Below, piece by piece: positions 32,363-42,578 of a DNA stretch of 51,726 nucleotides (its first letter is position 1; the number at the start of each line of letters is the position of its first letter). The notes below the pieces were generated by a model. The model made no database searches. It had not been told where the DNA came from and was given only the letters and a program-made list of their open reading frames with translations. Both the position numbers and the translations under genes were made by a program. The DNA is from a virus, in the IMG/VR virus record IMGVR_UViG_3300045988_076883, positions 1 to 51,726 of that record; one strand, written 5' to 3'.

Positions 32363-32623
32363 ATGGCCGAGAAGAAAGAGAAACAGACGGCGCAGAAGCC
32401 GGAAGTGATTGTGTACTGCGGGCCGAGCGTGCGCGGGATTGCGAAGCAGTACACCGTGTACCACGGCAGACTGCCCGCGCAGCTGGTGACGTTTTTGGCA
32501 AAGCACCCGGCAGCGCAGTGTTTGTGTGTGCCGCTGGACAAGTTTGCCGAGACCCGAGCAGGGCTGAACACCAAGGGTTCGCCGCAAGCGACCCTGTACA
32601 AAACGATTTTGAACGAACTGTAA
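32363..32623 (+). CDS. Hypothetical structural-module protein
   Basis: AAAGGAGG RBS. Confidence 0.75.
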   Translation: MAEKKEKQTAQKPEVIVYCGPSVRGIAKQYTVYHGRLPAQLVTFLAKHPAAQCLCVPLDKFAETRAGLNTKGSPQATLYKTILNEL

Positions 32624-32636
32624 GGAGGAAACAAAG

Positions 32637-34088
32637 ATGGCTTACAAACATGGCGTTTATGTGAGTGAGAACGCAACGAGCCTGACCGCCCCTGTGACCG
32701 GCAATGCGGGCTTGCAGGTGGTAGTAGGCACTGCCCCCGTGAACACTGTTGCCGACCCGGCGGCTGCTGTGAACAAACCTGTGCTGGTGAACAGCTATGC
32801 CGAAGCTGTGGCCGCCGTTGGCTACAGCGACGACTTTGCCAGCTATACACTGTGCCAGGCGATCAGCGCGGCATTTCAGGTGATCGGCTGCGGGCCGCTG
32901 GTACTGATCAACGTGCTGGACCCCGCCAACACGAAGTTTACCGCCGCGGTGAGCGACCAGCAGGTGCAGGTAAACAACAAGATCGCCACCGTGCCGGTTA
33001 AGGGGCTGCTGAAAGAGGGCCTGACTGTTAAGGGCGACGGTGCCACCGCGCTGAAAGCCGACGAGGACTACACCGCCAGCTACGACGACGAGGGCAACAT
33101 GCTGATCGCCCTGATCGGCAGCAAGACGGCCACCACCCTGACCGTGAGCGGCAAGAAGCTGGACCCCGGCAAGGTTACTGCCGCCGACATTGTGGGCGGC
33201 GTGGATACCAGCACCGGCAAGGTGAGCGGCCTTGAAGTGGTGCAGCAGGTATACCCGAAACTGGGGCTTACCCCCGGCATTTTGCTGGCACCCGGCTTTA
33301 GCAAGGACGCCACTGTTGCCGCTGCCTTGCAGGCAAAGACCACCGGCATCAACGGGTCCTTCCGCTGCATCTGCGTTTGCGACGTGGACAGCGGTGCTAC
33401 CGGCGCCAAGGTGTACACCGACGTAAAGACCAAGAAAGAAGCAAGCGGCCTGAACGGCGCGAACTGCTACGCCGTGTGGCCGTGCGCCAAGGTTGGCACG
33501 AAGGTGTACAGCGGCAGCGCCATTGTGGCCGCCGAGATGGCATATCAGGATGCCAGCAACGACGATGTGCCCAACATGAGCGTGGACAACAAGGCTGTTG
33601 CGATCAGCGCTGCGTGCCTTGCCGACGGCACGGAGGTCTATCTTGACCAGGAGCAGGCCAACGTGCTGAACGGCGCAGGTGTTGGAACTTTCCTGAACCT
33701 GAACGGCTGGCGCTGCTGGGGTTCCAACACTGCCGCCTACCCCGGCAACACCGACCCCAAGGACCGCTGGATCAACATCCGCCGGTTTATGAACTGGGCG
33801 GCGAACACGTTTATCCTGACCTACACGCCGAAGATCGGGCAGGTGATGAACCGCCGCCTGATCGAGAGCATTGTTGACAGTGAGAACGTGCGCGGCAACA
33901 GCTTTGTTTCCCGCGGCATCTGCGCTGCATACAGCATTGCATTCCTGGATGCAGACAACCCCACCACCGACCTGCTGAACGGCAAGATCGTGTTCCACCA
34001 GAGCATGACCCCGTTCACCCCGGCGGAGGAAATCGACGATGTGATCGAGTTTGACCCGGACGCGCTGGCTGATGCGCTGGGCGGCTGA
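32637..34088 (+). CDS. Tail sheath protein
   Basis: N-terminal MAYKHGVYVSE..TSL...V....LQVVVGTAP signature. 483 aa. Followed by the tube gene. Confidence 0.92.
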   Translation: MAYKHGVYVSENATSLTAPVTGNAGLQVVVGTAPVNTVADPAAAVNKPVLVNSYAEAVAAVGYSDDFASYTLCQAISAAFQVIGCGPLVLINVLDPANTKFTAAVSDQQVQVNNKIATVPVKGLLKEGLTVKGDGATALKADEDYTASYDDEGNMLIALIGSKTATTLTVSGKKLDPGKVTAADIVGGVDTSTGKVSGLEVVQQVYPKLGLTPGILLAPGFSKDATVAAALQAKTTGINGSFRCICVCDVDSGATGAKVYTDVKTKKEASGLNGANCYAVWPCAKVGTKVYSGSAIVAAEMAYQDASNDDVPNMSVDNKAVAISAACLADGTEVYLDQEQANVLNGAGVGTFLNLNGWRCWGSNTAAYPGNTDPKDRWINIRRFMNWAANTFILTYTPKIGQVMNRRLIESIVDSENVRGNSFVSRGICAAYSIAFLDADNPTTDLLNGKIVFHQSMTPFTPAEEIDDVIEFDPDALADALGG

Positions 34089-34108
34089 TGGCAAGGAGGT
34101 AAAGAGCG

Positions 34109-34633
34109 ATGATTTCTAACAACTACATCCCCGAAAAGGTAAACGACTACAACGTTTACCAGGACGGTAACAAGATGATCGGCCTTGCCGCCGAGGTGGA
34201 GCTGCCCAGCATCAAGATGAAAACCAGCACCATTGAGGGTGTTGGTGTTGGCGGCGAGATCGACAGCCCGACCATTGGGCAGTTTGAAAGCCTGGAAGCC
34301 AAGCTGAAATTCAACACGCTGTATTCCAGCGCAACGGATCTGATGAACCCGCTGAACACGGTGAACCTGACGCTGCGTGCGGCCCAGCAGGTGTACGACA
34401 AGACCGGCGGCTATGCCTTTAAGGGCCTGCGCATTGTGATGGGCGGGCGCGTGAAGGAGTTTAACCCCGGCACCGTGAAGAAGGGCGACGCAATGGACGC
34501 CGAAACCACGCTGGAACTGACCTACTACATGATCGAGGTGGATGGTGAGCAGGTCGTTGAGGTGGACAAGCTGAACGGCGTGTACAAGGTGAACGGCAGC
34601 GATATGCTGGCCGGTATTGCCGCGCTGACCTAA
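34109..34633 (+). CDS. Tail tube protein
   Basis: 174 aa. N-terminal NNYIPEKVNDYNVY pattern of P2 FII/XkdM-type tubes. Confidence 0.88.
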   Translation: MISNNYIPEKVNDYNVYQDGNKMIGLAAEVELPSIKMKTSTIEGVGVGGEIDSPTIGQFESLEAKLKFNTLYSSATDLMNPLNTVNLTLRAAQQVYDKTGGYAFKGLRIVMGGRVKEFNPGTVKKGDAMDAETTLELTYYMIEVDGEQVVEVDKLNGVYKVNGSDMLAGIAALT

Positions 34634-34701
34634 GACGGATTTTGTGTGGGTGGGTTTAGGTGCCCCGCGTGAGGTGCGCGGGGTGGTTATAGATACATAA
34701 G

Positions 34702-34730
34702 AAAGCCGCCCAGGAATGGGCGGCTTTTTT
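34702..34730 (+). terminator. Intrinsic terminator/attenuator after the sheath-tube genes
   Basis: AAAGCCGCCC-aggaat-GGGCGGCTTT followed by TTTTTT. Confidence 0.75.
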
Positions 34731-34749
34731 GAGCAGAAAGGACAAGACG

Positions 34750-35331
34750 ATGGACATTATCAAGCTGGCAAAGCCCTATGTGTTTGAGGGTACGGAGTAC
34801 GGCGAAATTGACCTGAACGGCCTTGACAAGCTGACGGTGCAGGATGCCATTGACGCACAGCTGGCACTGACGGGCCAGCCGGGCACGGTGATCCTGCCGG
34901 AGAGAAGCACGGCCTACATTGCAAGACTGTGCGCCAAGGCGGCGGGACTGCCCATTGAATTTTTTGAACTGCTGCCGGTGGGCGCGGCCCGCAAGGTGCG
35001 CGGCGCCTTTACCGAGTTTATGACGAGCGACGCCGACGAGGACAAAGGCACGGTGCTGAAGCTGAAAGCGCCGTACACCTACAAGGGCAAGACCTACAAG
35101 GAAGTGGACATGAGCGGCGCGGCGGAGCTGACTGTGCTGGATATGGCGCAGGCGGAGAACGAGCTTGCCGCTGCGGGCCATGTGGCCGCAGAACCGGCGC
35201 TGGACTACCTGTACTGCTGCCTTATGGCGGCACGCGCCAGCGGCATGGACAAGGAGTTCTTTACCGGGATGCCCCTTGCGGAAGCGACGCACATCAAGAA
35301 CGCAATGAACGGCGACCGTTTTTTCGAGTAA
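34750..35331 (+). CDS. Tail assembly chaperone (XkdN/gpE-position), zero-frame product
   Basis: Position between the tube and the tape measure. Internally duplicated KL.APY.(F/Y).G..Y.E(I/V)D(L/M).G...LTV.D segments. Confidence 0.8.
   Translation: MDIIKLAKPYVFEGTEYGEIDLNGLDKLTVQDAIDAQLALTGQPGTVILPERSTAYIARLCAKAAGLPIEFFELLPVGAARKVRGAFTEFMTSDADEDKGTVLKLKAPYTYKGKTYKEVDMSGAAELTVLDMAQAENELAAAGHVAAEPALDYLYCCLMAARASGMDKEFFTGMPLAEATHIKNAMNGDRFFE
35319..35325 (+). promoter_or_regulatory. Slippery heptamer T_TTT_TTC for a -1 programmed frameshift
   Basis: Zero frame reads CGT TTT TTC GAG TAA. The -1 frame stays open for 52 codons, to the TAG at 35478-35480. Confidence 0.7.
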
Positions 35332-35480
35332 AAGGCGGCGGCAAGGGACTGCGCAAATGCGCAGTGCGCCTTGCCGGGGCCACGATGACGAGCATTGAGT
35401 TTTACTTGAAACTGCCGGTACGGGATTTTATAGAGATCAACAATGAGGTGGCGGCAGAATGGCAAAAACTACGGAATTAG
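35325..35480 (+). CDS. -1 frame extension of the tail assembly chaperone (gpE+E'/GT-type product)
   Basis: Open -1 frame ending ...IEFYLKLPVRDFIEINNEVAAEWQKLRN, overlapping the tape-measure start. This arrangement is conserved in tailed phages. Confidence 0.65.
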   Translation, partial: RVKGGGKGLRKCAVRLAGATMTSIEFYLKLPVRDFIEINNEVAAEWQKLRN

Positions 35481-38400
35481 AGCTTGCGATAAAAATTGCG
35501 GGCCGGGTTGACCCAAGTTTGCAGGCAGCGATCAGCCAGGCGCAGAAGCAGGTAAGCACGTTGAGCGCCACGCTGGGGCACATTGGCCGCGTTGGGCTGG
35601 CGGTCATGGGCGTCGGGCTGGCCGCTACGGTGAAGGGCATTGCGGACTGCACGACGGAAGCAGAAAAGTTTGAAAGCCAGATGGCACCTGTGATCCGCTA
35701 TGTGGACGGCCTTGCAGACAGCATGGGCAATGTGAGCGACGCAATGGCCGAGAACGGAAAGACGTTCAAGCAGAACCGCGACGAGCTGGCGCGGTACATT
35801 CAAGACCTTAGCACAGAGATACCGCGCGACACGGAACAGCTGACACAGATAAGTGCTGCACTGGGCCAAAGCGGAATCGGCGTAGACGAGCAGATCAACA
35901 CGAGCATACTGCGGGATACGGCAAAGAGCGCAACGGCAATGGACTTGGACGACCAGACCGCAGGCAACTACATGGCAAAATGGCAGGTGGCGTTTACAAA
36001 AAAAGACGCCGACGGGAACACAACGCAGTTCAGCCATGATGATGTTATGGAGCTGATGGACCAGATCAACTATCTGGCGGCACATAATGCGACCACTGCG
36101 CCGGAGGTTGCACAGAGCGTAAACCAAGCGGCGAGTTTTGGACAGATTGCAGGCATTGACCCGGCGGCTACGGCAGCAATAGCAACGGCCATGCAGGCAA
36201 CCGGCGTTGCAACGGATCGCGTAGGAACGAGTATAACGAGAATTTACACGAACCTTAGCAAAGGCGAAAACGCAACAAAGAAGCAGAAAGAAATGCTGGA
36301 AGAACTCGGCTTTACGGCGGAGGGCGTGGCAAAATCGCTGACGACACCGGGGCAAGGCGTTTCGACGCTGCGGAGTATATTTGGCGCAATCAACGAAATG
36401 CCGGACGAGAGAAAAGTTGCGGCATTGAGCACGCTGTTTGGGCAGTGGGCCATTGAGGGCGGCGCAAAGATCGTAAACAACTTACCGCTACTGGACAAAA
36501 CGCTTGCAGAAGTTCAGGACAAGGAAGCCTATACAGGGTCGATGGAGCGCGAGTTCATCATAAATGCCAGCACGAGCAAGAGCATTGACATGATGATGAG
36601 CAACGCAAAAACGGCGCTGATGCAGGACATTGGCGAACAATTCCTGCCGGTGAAAAAGCAGTTTGCTACGCTGGCTATCGACATGATGAACGGACTGCGG
36701 CAGAATATGCCGCAGCTGACACAGCTTGCAAGCACGCTGGCCGACATTGCGACGAAGGGCGTGACGGCGCTGGGCGATGCCATGCAAAGCGCTATGCCCT
36801 ACATCCAGCAGGGGCTTGACTACCTGAACCAGAACGGCGAAAAGGTGGCAAAGATACTGGCCGGAATGGCCGGGGCGTTTGCCGCCATGAGCATTGCACC
36901 GCAGGCCGAAATGGCCGCCAAGGGCGTGGGCGGCGTGGTGAAGGGCGGAGCCGGGCTGCTGGGCAGCGCGATCAATGCTGTGGCCGGAAACCCGACAGGA
37001 AACGGCAAGCAGAGCATCGGAGCGGCGCTGCTGGGCCGGATTACGGGAGGCGTAGCGAACGCGGGAAGTGCAGTAAATACCGCGAGCAACTTTGCAACGG
37101 CAGCAGGAAGAACAAGGGGCGGCGTGCTGGGCGCAGGATGGGCGATGCTGAAAAACACCATCATGGGAGGAAACAGCACTGCAAGCCTTGCGCAGCAAGC
37201 GGCGACAACGCCGGGACTTTTGAACTATATGCCGACGATGCGGCAGGCCATAGCGGCAAGCCCGGCGGGGCAGGCTGTGAGCGGCGCGGCAAGTGGCATA
37301 TTTGGCGGACTGCGCAGCTATTTGGGCGGCATTGGCGGAGCGCTTACGGCAAACCGTCAGCCGTTCACACTGGCCGGTGGTGCGCTGGCGAATACAGGAA
37401 TTGGACAAGCGGTGCAGGCTGCGCGGCAAACGGCGCAGATGACAGGCGGAACGACAGCGGGTGTGCTTCTGCAAAGCGCGGGGAGCGCCATAAGCGGCAG
37501 TGCGCCGGTACAGTGGATGCAGCAGACGGGAGCAGGACTTGCACAGAGCTTTGGGCAGATGCCGCTTGTACAAGTGCCGCTGCAAGCGGCGCAGGCAGGG
37601 CTACACGCGATTGGACAATCTGCCCCGGTGCAGACTATTGGCGGTGCGCTGGCGAATACGGGAATTGGGCAGACGCTTATTGCGGCACGCCAGACGGCAC
37701 AGGTAAACGGCGTAGGGCCGCTGGGCATGGCAGCAGGATTGATAAAATCCGGCGCAGGAAGCCTTGCGGCAGGAGCCGGAAACGCAGTAAGCGCAATTAC
37801 AGGAAACCCGATTGTACAGGCGGCGGGCGGACTGGTGAGCAATGCGGCAGGCGGGCTTGCAACGGCAGTATCGCCGTTTTTGAGTGCGTTCGGCGGGATC
37901 GCTTCGGCGGCGTTGCCGGTGGTGGCGGTGATCGGGTCCATTGTGGCGGCGGTAAGTTTACTGGGCGAACACCTGGACGATATACGCAGCATCATCAACA
38001 ACGTGTTCGGTGAGCAGGGCGTTGCGGTGTTTGACGGATTTTTGAACACGATCACGGGCATAAAAGACAAGATCGTTGGGGTTTTCAGCCCGGAAAATCT
38101 GGCAAGCGTGCGCACGGCGATTGTGGGGATGTTTGGCGAGAACGCAGGAACGGGATTTGACAACATCGTAAGCATTGGGCAGAGCGTGATCGGCGTATTC
38201 CAGCAGATCGTGAATTTTGGCACACAGACCGTGAAGCCTATGTTTGAGCAGGTGTTTGGCTGGGTGAGCACAACGCTGCTGCCGGGATTGCTGAACGCAT
38301 TTAACGCGATAGCACCACAGATTGGGCCGCTGGTGACGAACATCGGAACGGCGGTGATGAATGTGGCAACGCTGATCGGGAACGCGATCCAGACGATCCT

Positions 38401-39190
38401 ATCCGTTATTGAAAACATTGTGATGGTGCTGGTCAATGTGGTGGCAACGGTGGCACCGCCCATCATTGCGGCAGTATCACAGATTTTTGCGAACATCTCC
38501 AACGTGGTGATGAGCTTGCAGGGCATCTTTGACGGGCTGATCCAGTTTATCACGGGCGTATTTACCGGGAACTGGTCGAGCGCTTGGGAGGGTGTGAAGT
38601 CTATCTTTAGCAACGCTTTTTCGGCGCTGGTGGAGCTGTGCAAAATCCCCATCAATGCGGTGATCGGCGTTATCAACGGTGCAATCAACGGCATTAACTC
38701 GATCCTTGGCAGCGTGACGACGATACCCGAGTGGGTGCCCGTGGTGGGCGGCAAGGGCTTTAGTATGCAGCTGCCGACCATACCCATGCTGGCAAAGGGC
38801 GGATTTACCGACGGCGTGAGCATTGCCGGTGAAGCGGGCACGGAAGCAGTTATCAGCTTTGACCCGAGCGTGCGCAGCGCCAACATTGCGAACTGGCAGA
38901 AGGCCGGACAAATGCTGGGCGTTGACCCGGTGCAGGCGGCCAGTGTGGCCAGTGCGGGAAGCCTGACAACGGACCGCGTGGAGGTTGCCGACATTGGCGG
39001 CGGCTCCCATGCCCCCGACGGAACCACGACGGTGGGCGGCGGCAGCTTTACGTTCAGCCCGAAGATCACGATACAGGGCAACGCCGACTACAACGTGATG
39101 ATGAATGCCATGACGGACGCGAAGGACCAGTTTGAACAGTGGTTCAACGAAATGATGCGCAAGCAGCAGCGCACGGCATACGCCAGGTAA
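35459..39190 (+). CDS. Tape measure protein
   Basis: 1243 aa. Ala/Gly-rich repetitive central part. Position follows the chaperone. Confidence 0.92.
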   Translation: MAKTTELELAIKIAGRVDPSLQAAISQAQKQVSTLSATLGHIGRVGLAVMGVGLAATVKGIADCTTEAEKFESQMAPVIRYVDGLADSMGNVSDAMAENGKTFKQNRDELARYIQDLSTEIPRDTEQLTQISAALGQSGIGVDEQINTSILRDTAKSATAMDLDDQTAGNYMAKWQVAFTKKDADGNTTQFSHDDVMELMDQINYLAAHNATTAPEVAQSVNQAASFGQIAGIDPAATAAIATAMQATGVATDRVGTSITRIYTNLSKGENATKKQKEMLEELGFTAEGVAKSLTTPGQGVSTLRSIFGAINEMPDERKVAALSTLFGQWAIEGGAKIVNNLPLLDKTLAEVQDKEAYTGSMEREFIINASTSKSIDMMMSNAKTALMQDIGEQFLPVKKQFATLAIDMMNGLRQNMPQLTQLASTLADIATKGVTALGDAMQSAMPYIQQGLDYLNQNGEKVAKILAGMAGAFAAMSIAPQAEMAAKGVGGVVKGGAGLLGSAINAVAGNPTGNGKQSIGAALLGRITGGVANAGSAVNTASNFATAAGRTRGGVLGAGWAMLKNTIMGGNSTASLAQQAATTPGLLNYMPTMRQAIAASPAGQAVSGAASGIFGGLRSYLGGIGGALTANRQPFTLAGGALANTGIGQAVQAARQTAQMTGGTTAGVLLQSAGSAISGSAPVQWMQQTGAGLAQSFGQMPLVQVPLQAAQAGLHAIGQSAPVQTIGGALANTGIGQTLIAARQTAQVNGVGPLGMAAGLIKSGAGSLAAGAGNAVSAITGNPIVQAAGGLVSNAAGGLATAVSPFLSAFGGIASAALPVVAVIGSIVAAVSLLGEHLDDIRSIINNVFGEQGVAVFDGFLNTITGIKDKIVGVFSPENLASVRTAIVGMFGENAGTGFDNIVSIGQSVIGVFQQIVNFGTQTVKPMFEQVFGWVSTTLLPGLLNAFNAIAPQIGPLVTNIGTAVMNVATLIGNAIQTILSVIENIVMVLVNVVATVAPPIIAAVSQIFANISNVVMSLQGIFDGLIQFITGVFTGNWSSAWEGVKSIFSNAFSALVELCKIPINAVIGVINGAINGINSILGSVTTIPEWVPVVGGKGFSMQLPTIPMLAKGGFTDGVSIAGEAGTEAVISFDPSVRSANIANWQKAGQMLGVDPVQAASVASAGSLTTDRVEVADIGGGSHAPDGTTTVGGGSFTFSPKITIQGNADYNVMMNAMTDAKDQFEQWFNEMMRKQQRTAYAR

Positions 39191-39193
39191 GAG

Positions 39194-39406
39194 GTGGAGA
39201 AGATGAGCTATACGACGATCAGCGGCGACACATGGGACGGCATTGCCAAAACGGTGTACGGCGCAGAGCGGTACGCCGATTACCTGATGCAGCAGAATCC
39301 AACGAAGATCAACGTTTTCCGATTTGATGCAGGGGTGGTGCTTGCCACCCCTGCCCTGCCGGAAGAAAAGAGCGGCTTTTTGCCGCCGTGGAAATTTGAG
39401 GGATAA
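39194..39406 (+). CDS. LysM-domain tail protein (XkdP-like)
   Basis: YTTISGDTWDGIAKTVYGAERYADYLMQQNP is a LysM pattern. Confidence 0.8.
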   Translation: MEKMSYTTISGDTWDGIAKTVYGAERYADYLMQQNPTKINVFRFDAGVVLATPALPEEKSGFLPPWKFEG

Positions 39407-39409
39407 GCT

Positions 39410-40783
39410 ATGGCAACGAGCGTAAAGGCAAGGCGCACAGAGATAAGCCTTTGGTACAACAGCACGCCGATCAGCGAGGAAGTGGGGCCGGACGTTGAAA
39501 GCATTACCTACACGGACTGCGCCAGCGATACATGCGACAGTGTGGATATACAGATCAATGCCAGGGACGGGAAATGGCTGAACAGTTGGTTCCCGCAAAA
39601 GGGCGCAACGCTGCACCCGAAAGTGAACGGCCTTGACTGGAACGTGCAGAACGACCGCTTTACCATGGATTGCGGCCTGTTTGTGCTGGATGATGTGCGG
39701 TACAGCGATGCCCCGGGCACTATGACGCTGGGCGGCGTGAGCAAGCCGAGCGACACGGATTTTAGCGAGCGCGACCGCACCGACGTATGGAAAAGCACCA
39801 GCATACAGCAGATAGGCGCGACCATTGCCGGGCGGTACGGGCTGGGCTTTGCCTACGACGGCGACGACCACGAGATTGAAAAGCGCGAGCAGAACGAGAG
39901 CGACAGCGAGTTTTACCAAAAGCTGTGCAAGGACTACGGCCTTGTTTTGAAAGTGTATGCAAAACGGCTGTGGGTGTACGACCGCGAGAAGTACAAGGGA
40001 AAGCGGGCGGTGCAGGATGTGCCGCGCACGGCCATGAAGCCGGGCAGCTTTGTCTACACAACGACGATGGCGGGCACCTACACCGGCGGCAGCTTTGCCT
40101 ACACGGACCAGGACAAGGACATTGATATTACCGCCAGCGTGGGCGGCGGCACGAGAACCAAGAGCCTGAACCAGTACGCCAGCAGCGTTGCGGATGCTGC
40201 GGCGCAGCTGGTGGCGGCCCTGAACGACGCTAACCACGTAAGCCGAAAAATCAGCTTTACGATTGGCGGCAACTTTGAAATTTTTGCAGGAAACAACGTG
40301 CGGATCAGTGGGTTTGGGCCGGAGATAGACGGCAAATATTTTGTGGATAAAACGACGCGGACGATCGACCGCAACGGATTTACCTGCAAGATAGAAGCCA
40401 GCGGAATTGACGACCCGTTTTATGCGTGGCAGGTGGGCGGCAGTATACAGATACACGAAAAGACCGCCAGCAGCACCGCCACGAAGTACGACAGCACCTA
40501 CGAGACGACGAAACCGGCAGCCAGTGCCGCCAGCACGACGGCAGCAGCCAGCGCAGGTACGACAGCGGGAACCGGCGGACGCGCCGTAACACTGAAAAAC
40601 TGCCCGCTGTATTACACGAGCGTGGCAAAGACCAAGAGCAACACGGTGAGCGGCACCTATTACCTGTACGACGGAATCCTTGTAGCGGGACGATACCGCA
40701 TAACAAATACATCCGCCCGCTGCGGAAAGCTGCCGGTGGGCAAGAACGTTACGGGATGGGTAGACGCAAGCTACATCAAGTGA
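39410..40783 (+). CDS. Tail/baseplate hub protein (gpD/XkdQ-like) with a C-terminal SH3b-like segment
   Basis: Size and position. The C-terminus YYLYDGILVAGRYRITN...GWVDASYI resembles bacterial SH3 domains. Confidence 0.7.
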   Translation: MATSVKARRTEISLWYNSTPISEEVGPDVESITYTDCASDTCDSVDIQINARDGKWLNSWFPQKGATLHPKVNGLDWNVQNDRFTMDCGLFVLDDVRYSDAPGTMTLGGVSKPSDTDFSERDRTDVWKSTSIQQIGATIAGRYGLGFAYDGDDHEIEKREQNESDSEFYQKLCKDYGLVLKVYAKRLWVYDREKYKGKRAVQDVPRTAMKPGSFVYTTTMAGTYTGGSFAYTDQDKDIDITASVGGGTRTKSLNQYASSVADAAAQLVAALNDANHVSRKISFTIGGNFEIFAGNNVRISGFGPEIDGKYFVDKTTRTIDRNGFTCKIEASGIDDPFYAWQVGGSIQIHEKTASSTATKYDSTYETTKPAASAASTTAAASAGTTAGTGGRAVTLKNCPLYYTSVAKTKSNTVSGTYYLYDGILVAGRYRITNTSARCGKLPVGKNVTGWVDASYIK

Positions 40784-40794
40784 GGTGATGCACC

Positions 40795-41865
40795 ATGGCA
40801 ACGGCACCGCAGGTGCGAACGGGCCGGGTAAGCAGCATTGACTACGAGCGCGGCACCTACACGGTTGTATTTGCCGACCGCGGAAGCGTGAGCTGCACCA
40901 TCAACGCGCAGAGCAACGGCGAGTACAAGATGCCGGAGGTTGGGCAGACAGTGAACTGCACGATGAACGGCAACGGCACCGTGGCAGGCGCGACCCTGGG
41001 CACGGTGTGGAACGAAAGCAACAAGCCAGCCGAGGGGTACAAGGGATTGTACCGCAAGGAATATGGCCGGGTGAACGGCGACAGCTACGAGCGGTACGAT
41101 GCCAACACCGGCGAGTACACCCAATTCTGCCGTGCGAAAACGGGGCGCAACAGCAACGGCGTAATTTACGACGAGTGCAAGGGAGCCTACACGGCCAGGA
41201 GCGGCGGCGCTATGACGCTGCGCAGCACCGGGGCCAGTGTGGGCATTACCGCAGCAAGCGGTGTGGGAATAACCGCCGGTGCGGCGGTGGACCTGCAAGC
41301 GACGACTTATGCCAGCGTGACAGCGGGCACGATGTACAACGTGGAGTGCGGCACAGATTACACCATGACGGTGGGCGGCAAGGGCACTGTGGAGATCACG
41401 GGAGCCTACTTTGAAAAATGCCTTGCCGCCCGGCGGTTGAAGGTGGACGGCGCGGACACAGAGAGCTACAACGGCGTGATACAGCGATACTACAATGCGA
41501 AGCTGACCGAAAAGGTAAGCGCAGATTGGAAGGTAACGGTGGAAGCGAACGTTGAGCGCGAAGTGACCGGCGACGTAAAGCACACCGTAACGGGAAACGT
41601 GACGCAGGAAGTGACCGGCGATACGGAACAAACCCTGACAGGCAACGTAACACAGAACATTGAGGGCGATGTGACCCAGACCGTAAACGGAAATGTGACG
41701 CTGACGGTGGGCGGCGCGACCATAACCATAAGCAGCGGCGGCGATGTGAGCGTGAGTGCGCCGAATGTGACGGTGAACGGCGCTGCCGGAGATGTGAAGG
41801 TAGACGGCATAAGCCTGGTACACCACAAGCACAAGGACGGCGGCCAGGGCGAGCCGGAGAAGTAA
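40795..41865 (+). CDS. Baseplate central spike (gpV/VgrG-like OB fold plus beta-helix repeats)
   Basis: N-terminal RTGRVSSIDYERGTYTV....GQTV pattern. C-terminal repeats VTG(D/N)V.Q.V. Confidence 0.75.
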   Translation: MATAPQVRTGRVSSIDYERGTYTVVFADRGSVSCTINAQSNGEYKMPEVGQTVNCTMNGNGTVAGATLGTVWNESNKPAEGYKGLYRKEYGRVNGDSYERYDANTGEYTQFCRAKTGRNSNGVIYDECKGAYTARSGGAMTLRSTGASVGITAASGVGITAGAAVDLQATTYASVTAGTMYNVECGTDYTMTVGGKGTVEITGAYFEKCLAARRLKVDGADTESYNGVIQRYYNAKLTEKVSADWKVTVEANVEREVTGDVKHTVTGNVTQEVTGDTEQTLTGNVTQNIEGDVTQTVNGNVTLTVGGATITISSGGDVSVSAPNVTVNGAAGDVKVDGISLVHHKHKDGGQGEPEK

Positions 41866-41877
41866 GGAGGTGGCAGG

Positions 41878-42267
41878 ATGATCGGAACACTGGGAAGCGT
41901 GGTTTTTAGCGTGAGCAGCAACCGAGTGTTGACGCCGACGGGGATCAGCGGCACGAGCGGGAGCGATTGGGGCAGCCATGACGTTGTGCACGGGAAAGTG
42001 CGCAGCGAATGGGTGGGGCCGAAATGCAAGACCTACAAGTTTGACATGACCTTGCGGGCGCAGGACGGAGTGCCGCCGCGCCGGACGCTGAACCAGTTAC
42101 AGCAGATGGCAGAGAGCGCCAACGCCTACTACTTTGTGCTGGGCGGACAGCCGATGGCAGACAACCCGTTTAAGATCACGAGCCTTAGCGACGAGTGGGG
42201 CGCGGTGCTGCACGGAGGGGCGCTGATCGAGTGCAAGGTGAGCGTTGAGTTGGAGGAATACTTATGA
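41878..42267 (+). CDS. Baseplate/tail protein (gpU-like family)
   Basis: Position. The pattern F.V......L......G...W..H.V...K...E.VG recalls the P2 GpU-like family. Low certainty on the family. Confidence 0.6.
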   Translation: MIGTLGSVVFSVSSNRVLTPTGISGTSGSDWGSHDVVHGKVRSEWVGPKCKTYKFDMTLRAQDGVPPRRTLNQLQQMAESANAYYFVLGGQPMADNPFKITSLSDEWGAVLHGGALIECKVSVELEEYL

Positions 42268-42578
42268 TCGACACCGAAAACACAGAGATCATTTTGCAAG
42301 CGGGCAAGGCAGACGACAGCACCGCCGCCGATGTGCAGCGGTGCTTGAAGATGCTGTACAGCGCACACCCCGGCGAACAGGCACTTGACCGGGATTTTGG
42401 CATAGACCGGGAACCGCTGGGACTGCCCATGAGCAGCGCCAAAGCCCTGATGGCCGCCGAGTTTGTGGCGAAAACAGCGCGGTATGAGCCGAGGGCACGG
42501 GTGCTGCGGGTGGACTGGAACGAAAGCAATTTAGCCGAGGGAATTTTGATACCGAAGGTGGTGGTAGAAATTGTCTAA
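42264..42578 (+). CDS. Baseplate protein gpW/gp25-like
   Basis: About 100 aa, directly upstream of the baseplate J gene. ATGA coupling. Confidence 0.7.
   Translation: MIDTENTEIILQAGKADDSTAADVQRCLKMLYSAHPGEQALDRDFGIDREPLGLPMSSAKALMAAEFVAKTARYEPRARVLRVDWNESNLAEGILIPKVVVEIV

Noticed and set aside
24932-34094. Very long minus-strand ORFs (640, 981, 700 and 606 aa) across the terminase-capsid-sheath region
   Set aside because: They lie opposite clearly recognisable structural genes. Their products are Arg/His/Ala/Val-rich with no motifs. Long stop-free antisense frames are expected in GC-rich coding DNA.
35477-41991. Minus-strand ORFs (292-776 aa) opposite the tape-measure, hub and spike genes
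   Set aside because: Same reasoning: they are antisense to genes with strong RBSs and family signatures, and their composition is not protein-like.
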